This document shows positions 55,163-64,000 of a DNA stretch of 64,000 nt, piece by piece. Source of the DNA: Eledone cirrhosa (lineage: Eukaryota); contig OZ024760.1 in assembly GCA_964016885.1 (NCBI GenBank), positions 19,840,001-19,904,000 on the forward strand, in the 5' to 3' direction. Both the position numbers and the translations under genes were made by a program. Numbering within the stretch: the stretch's first letter is position 1; every line of letters starts with the position of its first letter. Below the pieces are notes generated by a model that saw only the letters and a list, made by a program, of their open reading frames with translations, was not told the DNA's origin and did not search any database.

Positions 55163-55841
55163 GGTGTTGCTGTTGGTTGTGGTGATGATGAGAATGATGG
55201 TGGTGATGCTGATGATGAGAAGCACCATCGCCATGTCCGGCTGCCGATGTTGATGAAGATGACGACGTGTGATGATGTGATGGAATGTGTGTGGGGACAC
55301 CCCTCGGGGACACTTCCCCGTGGGGCGTTGCTGGTCTTGTGGATGGCGAGGGCAAACTGCCCGCGCTAAAGGAAGCATTCCTTAGCAGTTCGTACTCCAT
55401 GTATTCGATGAGGGCTCGGCGTTTCTGTTGAAATTTTCTGTGATGTCTCATAAATGATATACAGAGAAACACAGTCATTGAGATTGCTACACTGACAGCG
55501 GGCCACCATGGATGGCGCAGGCCATACCCAGCGTCAGAGTTTGACACTGACGAAGTGGGCCCTGCAGATTGGATACCTGTTGGAGGTACACCATCTTCAT
55601 TATACGGAAACCTTGCACCTCTGGAATTGTCCATGAGTAAACTTTCGTTGCGCTCGGTCGACAACAAGAGAGGTGGGGTCGTTGTTGTTGCTGTTGCTGT
55701 TGAAATAGCAGTTGAAGTAATTGTGGTGCTGGTTGCAGTAGTAGTAGTTGTTGTTGTTATTGTTGTCGTTGTTGTGACAGCAGCAACTACAGCAGCAACA
55801 ACAGCAGCTGCGGTCACGGCAGAGCTACCATTGAAAGCCAT
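54668..55841 (-). CDS. Coding exon (probably first) of an uncharacterised single-pass membrane protein
   Basis: ATG at 55841 with an upstream in-frame stop; ~391 codons including complex non-repeat sequence; Thr-rich stalk with NGS/NES sequons; TM WWPAVSVAISMTVFLCISFM followed by basic RHHRKFQQKRR; His/Gln-rich tail; canonical donor C|GTAAGT at 54668/54667 (phase 1). Confidence 0.8.
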
Positions 55842-56052
55842 CACGGCAGGAGTGTGATGGCAACTTGATGCGGTTCATATAAGCATACTCAGAGCTTAGC
55901 AACACAAAGAAACTGAGATCACAGGGATATAGTGATGTGTAGAAATATATAGCGTATATATACATAGAATATCTAGCAGAAATATATATATTATATATCA
56001 TATATAAATTCATATATCTATTAATCTTTTTTTTACATAAATATGCATATAT

Positions 56053-56102
<50 letters not shown>

Positions 56103-56649
56103 GTATATATATGTATATGTGTATATGTATATATGTATGTGTATATAAATATAAATATATTTATATGTGTGTATACACAGATGCACACAAGAAAGCAGAC
56201 AGAGTTGTGTGTTCTTGAAAAGGTAAAATCTAAATGAAATGTGAACACGGTATATGAATTGAAGAAAGCAATATTTCACAGCATTAAAAGCAGTCGGCTT
56301 TCCTCCTTAGTTATTCGTTGTTCTCTTGTTGAGGCGGTCAAGCAGCATGGTCAGTCTTGCGCAACCATCGTTAACGAAGTTCCTTTTCTTTCCCTTTTAA
56401 CTTTTTTTTTCCCTTAATTTTTCCCTTATTTTTTTTTGTATCTTTTTGGACAGGTTTACAACATGGTAATTATCGTCTTAATCCAACCTCTTTGGTCAAC
56501 AATGGTTAACAATTCCTATTGTTCTCTCTCTCTCTATGTATGTATATATACACTCACACATGTTACTTTTGCAAATAGCTTACAATGCCGTCTTGCAGAT
56601 GTATGCCAAAATTGCAACACATATATCTGCATATATATCACTATATATA

Positions 56650-56796
56650 TATAGCATGTATAGATATATAGATATATATATACATATAAATGTGGTTGTA
56701 TATTATTAAATGTATATATATATATATATATATAATTTTTATAGCATGTATAGTATATATATATATATATATATAAATGTATTTGTATATTATTAA

Positions 56797-56836
<40 letters not shown>

Positions 56837-57300
56837 TATAGCATGTATAGTATATATATATATATATATAAATGTGTTTGTATATTATTAAATATACATA
56901 TATGTATATAATTTTTTTAGCATGTATATATGTATAAATGTGTTTGTATATTATTAAATATACATATATGTATATAATTTTTTAGCATGTATCTATGTAT
57001 AAATCTGCTTGTATATTACTAGATATACATATATATAATTTTTATAGCATATACATATATGCATATAAATGTGCTTGTATATTATTAAATATATCAGTAT
57101 ATATATAATTTATATAGCATGTGTAGATATATATATATACATATAAATGTGTTTGTATATTACTAAATATACATATATATAATTTTTATAGCATGTGTAT
57201 ATATATTTGAATGTGCCTGTATATTTCTAAATATACATATATATATGATTTATATAGCATGTATAGATATATTAAAATGTGCTTGTGTATCACTAAATAT
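56650..57300. repeat. Degenerate ~60-70-bp AT-rich tandem repeat
   Basis: tttatagcatgtata..taaatgtg.ttgtatattattaaat recurs ~10 times. Confidence 0.8.
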
Positions 57301-57714
57301 ATATATATATATATAGGTGTGTATTTCTATGCTTATATGAGCGATGTATATATATGTATATAAAAATGTATGCACGTGTGTGTTTGTATAATTGCGTGTG
57401 TGTGCATATATGAGATATATATTATATATGTATGCACATGCATGTGTATGTTCATAAGATTTTATGCATATGAGTATGTATGTATAATGGTATGCTTATG
57501 TGTGCCTATAAAAGTGATGTGTATATATATGTATATCGGTATATGCGTGTGTGTATGTTAATTTCAGCACGTGTATTTATGCATTGGAAACGACTAGCAT
57601 TGAAACTTTATCTCAGCTTTTAAAACAACAGCAACAACAACAACAACAACAACAACAGCACCACCAGGAAAAGACAACTGGCAGTATAACAATATATCAC
57701 GTATACTTTATATG

Positions 57715-57750
<36 letters not shown>

Positions 57751-57779
57751 TGTGTATAAAAATATATCACATCCACTTC

Positions 57780-57811
<32 letters not shown>

Positions 57812-57867
57812 AGATATATATATATATATATATATGAGTGTGTTTAAAAATATATCACATCCACTTC

Positions 57868-57899
<32 letters not shown>

Positions 57900-57907
57900 A
57901 TAGATAG

Positions 57908-57939
<32 letters not shown>

Positions 57940-58092
57940 GTGTGTGTGTGTATATGTATGTATATATATTTAGATATTTAGATAGATAGATAGGTAGGTA
58001 GATATTTGTCAAATGTCTAAATGTGTAGAGCAACAATGATTTTGATAGTAACAATAACAGCAACAAAAATAACAGTAATATTGATGATGATG

Positions 58093-58127
<35 letters not shown>

Positions 58128-58524
58128 TTCTATGGGTTTTTTTTGTTGTTTTTTTTGGCTGGTTAGTGTCGACTCTGTAGTATTGTGTGGCTATAATATA
58201 TATATATATATATATATTTTTTGTATCCTCTTCTCAGCACTTCAGTATTAACTTACCCCCTTCTGAGACATCACATACAAATAGAATTGGTTGCTAGATG
58301 ATGCAGCGGACATCTAGCTGTTGTTTTTGTTGTTGTTATATTGTTTTGTTGGTTGGTTGGTCGGTTTGGTTATTTTTTTCTTTCTTTTCTTGCTACTACT
58401 ACTACTACTTCTTCTTCAACTTCGACTTCAACGAGATGAGATTCAGCAGAACTAGCACCGTTAATTGCGACAGTATCAATAACAAAATTAACTTTTACCG
58501 TTCTTTGCTACGAGAAACTGCAGT

Positions 58525-59060
58525 AAGCAAGACATTCTCAAAAAAGTCTCAATCAGTAATACGAATGCATCGTCTTAAAACCTGAAGTATTTTTACCCTG
58601 ATTCTGTAAATTTTGACAACAGTTTGTCCACTAGTAGAGACATGTAACCACATTAGCAAGACATTCTTGAAAAAGTACAAAATAGTACTATGACTATCAC
58701 AGTAAAAACTGAAGTATTTTTACTCTGATACTGTAAATTTTGACAACAGTTTAACCACTATTAATGAATCAACAGGCTTCATGAAACCACATTAGCAAGA
58801 CATTCTTGAAAAGTACTAAACAGCACTCTTTCTGCATCACCTTAAAAACTTAACTCTTTTTTTACTCTGATACTGTGAATTTTGACTACCTGTCCACTAG
58901 TAATGAATCAACAGGCTATATGAAACCACATTAGCAAGATATTCTTGGAAAGTATAAAACAGCACTATGTCTGCATCACAGTAAAAAATATATGTAAAGT
59001 CTTTACTCGACTAATACAGCAAATTTTCTCAATGATCTGTCGACAAGTAAAGACACAACA
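58525..59060. repeat. Diverged ~130-139-bp tandem repeat, ~4 copies
   Basis: agcaaga(c/t)attct at 58526, 58655, 58794 and 58933. Confidence 0.85.
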
Positions 59061-59187
59061 AACATTTGAATTAAACAAAGCTGCGTTGTTTCGGTGGGGG
59101 TGAGGTGGGGGTGGGGGTTTCTTTCAAAGATAACTTTCTGCTAGATGATGACGGGGATGTCAAGAGTGAACAACAACAGTAACAATG

Positions 59188-59221
<34 letters not shown>

Positions 59222-59339
59222 AGACAACACCGTTACAGTAACATCTTTGAGGACATCAAACCATCCACGTCTCGGAGGATATTACTAATAGACCTTTTAT
59301 ACTTGTTGGCAATTTTCCCGATGTCTTTAGAATTTGTCA

Positions 59340-59388
<49 letters not shown>

Positions 59389-60219
59389 GGCAAAAAGAGG
59401 AAAAGGGGGAGAGGTAATTGTTGCTGTTATTTGTTACATACTTTTGTTTAAAATTTCCCAGATGCAATATATATATATATATATTTATACATAATACATA
59501 TATATTACATATATATGTACATTATATATATATATATACACACACACACATATATATATATCTATAAATATTATGTGTGTGTGTATGTATTATATATGTA
59601 TATGTATATAGTATATTTTATATGTATGTGTATATGTATATAGTATATTTTATATGTATGTATATATATTATAGTATATTTTTGTATTTATCATATCAAA
59701 ACATTTCTTTTTGCCAATTCTGCATGTTGTCTTTTCATTGTTGTTGTAGTTGGTGTAGTTTGTGTTGTTGTAGTTGTGGTTGTTGTAGGTGTTGCTTTTG
59801 CTGCTTTTGTTGTTGATGGTTGTGGTGGTGGTGGTGGTGGTATGTGTGTTATTGTTGCTGTGGTGGTGTTTTTTGGTGTTTGTGTTGCAGTTGTTGTTGA
59901 TGTTGTTGTTAGTGTTTGTGTTGTAGTTGTTGGTGTTGGTGTTGTTAGTGTTGGTGTTGGTGTTGTTGTTGTTGGTGTTTGTGTTGTTGGTGTTGTTGTT
60001 TGTGTTGTTGGTGTTGTTGTGGGTGTTTGTGTTGTTGTTGTTTTGCAGTGATATTGTAGTTATAAATCCCAGTAATAATGGTAATAATCCACTGTTGTTG
60101 TTGTTGTTATCCACACTGTCTTGAATTGTTGTTATAGTTGTAGTTGTTGTAATTATCCAGAATGTCATCAATTGTTGTTACAGTTGTTGTTGTTGTTGTT
60201 GTTATTGGTATCTACACAC

Positions 60220-60745
60220 ACTAGTTCTTGTAATAGTTGTACAAGTTGTACTTGTAGTAGTTGTCGTAAATATCCACACTTATAAGTTGTTGTTGTTGCT
60301 GTAGTTGTTGTTGTAGATATCCACACTTATAAGTTGTTGTTGTTGCTGTAGTTGTTGTTGTAGTAGTTATCCACACACACCAGTTGTTGTAGTAGTTATT
60401 GTTGTAAATATCCACACTTATAAGTTGTTGTTGTTGCTGTAGTTGTTGTTGTAGTAGATATCCACACACACCAGTTGTTGTAGTAGTTATTGTTGTAAAT
60501 ATCCACACTTATAAGTTGTTGTTGTTGCTGTAGTTGTTGTTGTAGTTATCCACACACACCAGTTGTTGTAGTAGTTATTGTTGTAAATATCCACACTTAT
60601 AAGTTGTTGTTGCTGTAGTTGTTGTTGTAGTTATTGTTGTAAATATCCACACTTATAAGTTGTTGTTGCTGTAGTTGTTGTTGTAGTTATTGTTGTAAAT
60701 ATCCACACTTATAAGTTGTTGTTGCTGTAGTTGTTGCTGTAGTTG
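60220..60745. repeat. Minisatellite with atatccacacttataag core and (ttg)n spacers
   Basis: Seen directly. Confidence 0.85.
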
Positions 60746-61284
60746 TAAAGGAAGTCGATGTCATTCTATAATGTTTCCAAACAGTTTTTCTCTAATCCTC
60801 TCCTTTCAGTAACTGCTGTTGTTACTGTAAATTTAAATTACTATATATATATATGTATATATGTGTGTGTGTATATATATGTGTGTGTAAGTTTGGGAAT
60901 GTGAGAATCCCAAATATAGAAAATAACTGTAATAACAGCGAGTCGCTGTAGATAATAGCTGAGAAAATGAGGTAAATTACACCCAGAGACAGAAAAGTGG
61001 TTCAAGGCTCCACTGAGGAATCAAATCCCCTATCTTTGAAATACCAAATTATATATACTTGTTGTATTCTCCACAGGGTTACATATATATATATATATAT
61101 ATATGTGTGTGTATATATATATATATGTGTGTGTGTATATATGTGGTGTGTATATATATATATGTGTGTGTGTGTGTATATATGTGTGTGTGTGTATATA
61201 TGTGGTGTGTATATATAGTCTCACTTGTGATGTGTATCAAAAGCAGCTCTGACTTTCTCTAACAATTGTGTCACTTCTGACCAC

Positions 61285-61789
61285 TTGTTGCTGTTGTTAT
61301 TAATACTGTTGTTCTTAGTGTTATCGCTGTTGCTGTTGTTACCACTGTTGTTGTTGTTGTTGTTGTTGTGACTGCTGCTACTGATGCTGGTGGTGTTGTT
61401 GTTACTACTGCTGCTACTGCTGTTGTTGTGACTGCTGCTACTGTTGTTGGTGGTGTTGTTGTTGTTGTGACTGCTGCTAGTGCTGTTGGTGGTGTTGTTG
61501 TTACTACTGCTACTGTTGTTGTTGTTGTTGTGACTACTGCTACTGCTGTTGGTGTTGTTGTTGTTGTGACTGCTGCTACTGCTGTTGGTGTTGTTGTTGT
61601 TGTTGTGACTGCTGCTAGTGTTGTTGTTGTTATCACTATGTGTTGCTGCTGTTGGTGTTGTTCTTGTTGTAACTATGTGCTGCTGTTGTTGTTGTTACTG
61701 TTGCTGTTACTATCTTTAATACTGTCTCTTGCTGTTGTTGATGTTGTTGCTGTTGTAACTGTTACTGTTGTTGTTATTGTTTCTGATGC

Positions 61790-61822
<33 letters not shown>

Positions 61823-62900
61823 AACTGTTACTGTTGTTGTTATTGTTGCTGCTGTTGTTGTTGTTGTTACAGTTGCTGCTGCAGTTGTTCTTGTTGCTGT
61901 TGTTTCGACTGAGGCTGCTGCTGTTACTGTTGTCGTCGTCGGTAACTGTTATTGCTGCTGCTGTCGTAACTGTTGCTGCTGCTGTTGTAACTGCTGCTGC
62001 TGCTGTTGCAACTTGTTGCTGCTGCTGCTGCTGTTGTTGTTGCTGTCACTGTTGCTGCTGCTGTTGTGGCTGTTGCCTGCCGTTCTTGTAGTTCTCACTG
62101 CTACTGATGCTGTTGTTGTTGCTGCTGCTGCTGTAGTTCTTACTGCTGCTACTACTGCTGCTGCTGTTTCAACTGTTGTAGCTCTCACTGCTACTGCTGC
62201 TGTGTCAACTGCTGCTGCTGTTGCTACTTCTACGGCTGCTGTTGATGTAATTTACATTGATGTGAAGGAAAATACTACCACAAGAGCTCTGCTGCAGTTG
62301 TTGTTGCTGTTGTTGCTGCTGTAGTTGTTGTTGTTGTTGCTGCTGTAGTTGTTGTTGTTGTTGCTGCTGTAGTTGTTGTAACTGTTATTGTTGTTGTTGC
62401 TGCTGCTGTAGTTGTTGTTGTTGTTGTTGTTGCTGCTGTAGTTGTTGTTGTTGTTGCTGCTGTAGCTGTTGTTGTTGTTGCTGCTGTAGTTGTTGTTGTT
62501 GTTGCTGCTGTAGCTGTTGTTGTTGTTGCTGCTGTAGCTGTTGTTGTTGTTGTTGTTGTAGTTGTTGTTGTTGTTGTTGCTGCTGTAGTTGTTGTAACTG
62601 TTATTGTTGTTGCTGCTGTAGTTGTTGTAACTGTTGTTGTTGTTGTTGTTGCTGCTGCTGTAGTTGTTGTAACTGTTGTTGTTGTTGCTGCTGCTGTAGT
62701 TGTTGTAACTGTTGTTGTTGTTGCTGCTGCTGTAGTTGTTGTAACTGTTGTTGTTGGTGTTGGTGTTGCTGCTGCTGTAGTTGTTGTTGTTGTTGTTGTT
62801 GTTGTTGTAATTGTAGTAGTTGTAGTTGTTGTTGTTGTTGCTGCTGCTGTAATTGTAGTTGTAGTTGTAGTTGTAGTAGTTGTTGTTGTTGTAGTTGTCA
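61285..62900. repeat. (TTG/CTG/TAG)n trinucleotide low-complexity field
   Basis: Seen directly. Confidence 0.85.
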
Positions 62901-62996
62901 CTGTTACTCCATTGTTTCTGTAGTCGCAGTTAGAGGCCAATACCACACGCGGATACTTAACCATTCGATGTGACGAAGCTACGTATATATAATATT

Positions 62997-63000
<4 letters not shown>

Positions 63001-63071
<71 letters not shown>

Positions 63072-63211
63072 CAGACTCAATATATACACAGGCTCACATA
63101 CACATACTAACATACACACATGCACTCGTGTACATATACACTTACATGCCAATTATATATATATATACGTACATATATATATGTGTGTGTGTGTATATAT
63201 ATGTGTGTGTG

Positions 63212-63242
<31 letters not shown>

Positions 63243-63487
63243 ATATATATATGTGTGTGTGTGTATATATATATGTGTGTATATATATGTGTGTGTGTAT
63301 ATATATATGTGTGTATATATATGTGTGTGTGTGTGTATATATATATGTGTGTGTGTGTGTGTGTATATATATATGTGTGTATATATATGTGTGTGTGTAT
63401 ATATATATGTGTGTATATATATGTGTGTGTGTGTGTATATATATATGTGTGTGTGTGTGTGTGTATATATATATGTGTGTATATATA

Positions 63488-63518
<31 letters not shown>

Positions 63519-63599
63519 GTGTGTATATATATATATATGTGTGTGTGTATATATATATGTGTGTATATATATATATGTGTGTGTGTGTATATATATATA

Positions 63600-63636
<37 letters not shown>

Positions 63637-63683
63637 GTGTATATATATATATGTGTGTGTATATATATATATATGTGTGTGTG

Positions 63684-63714
<31 letters not shown>

Positions 63715-63715
63715 A

Positions 63716-63760
<45 letters not shown>
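63001..63760. repeat. (CA)n and (TA/TG)n microsatellite
   Basis: Seen directly. Confidence 0.95.
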
Positions 63761-63902
63761 TCTTACATACAAGCAGCAACTGTATACACACGAAGACCGG
63801 GAAAATTTGTGAGATTATTAAGGATGTGTGTCGAGATTCTGGTTATTGATACTACTGCTGCTGCTGCTTCTGTTGTTGATGATGATGATGATGATAATGG
63901 CG

Positions 63903-63953
<51 letters not shown>

Positions 63954-64000
63954 GAGAGAGAGATAGGTTGAATGAAGTTGATGATGGTGATGATGGTGGC

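Noticed and set aside
62275-63060. Thr-rich mucin-like ORF starting MVKYPRVVLASNCDYRNNG
   Set aside because: Almost entirely trinucleotide repeat with no signal peptide or splice support; cannot be fully excluded without RNA data

Overview
Eukaryotic, very AT-rich and repeat-saturated DNA, probably intronic or intergenic. The SINE families and the sea of (TA)n/(CA)n/(CAA)n repeats suggest an octopus (coleoid cephalopod); this is inference from recalled repeat motifs, not a database match. Almost all ORFs in the six-frame track are microsatellite artefacts. One convincing coding exon lies on the minus strand (55841-54668) and encodes a single-pass membrane protein with a Thr-rich ectodomain and a His/Gln-rich tail. 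The rest is two tRNA-headed SINE families, 5'-truncated LINE fragments (RTE, CR1/L2-like, L1/Tx1-like), hAT and Tc1/mariner-type MITEs and many minisatellites. The most notable hidden signal is a set of minimal type-I hammerhead ribozyme motifs from four unrelated sequence families, folded by eye. Some sit in long non-coding palindromes embedded in (TA)n tracts, one family forms an 83-bp tandem array, and two motifs stand alone; the architecture resembles Penelope-like pseudo-LTRs or retrozymes. Also notable are repeated tandem amplification of retroelement 3' segments, a 3x66-bp higher-order minisatellite and an array of 12 perfect CArG boxes spaced ~31 bp apart.
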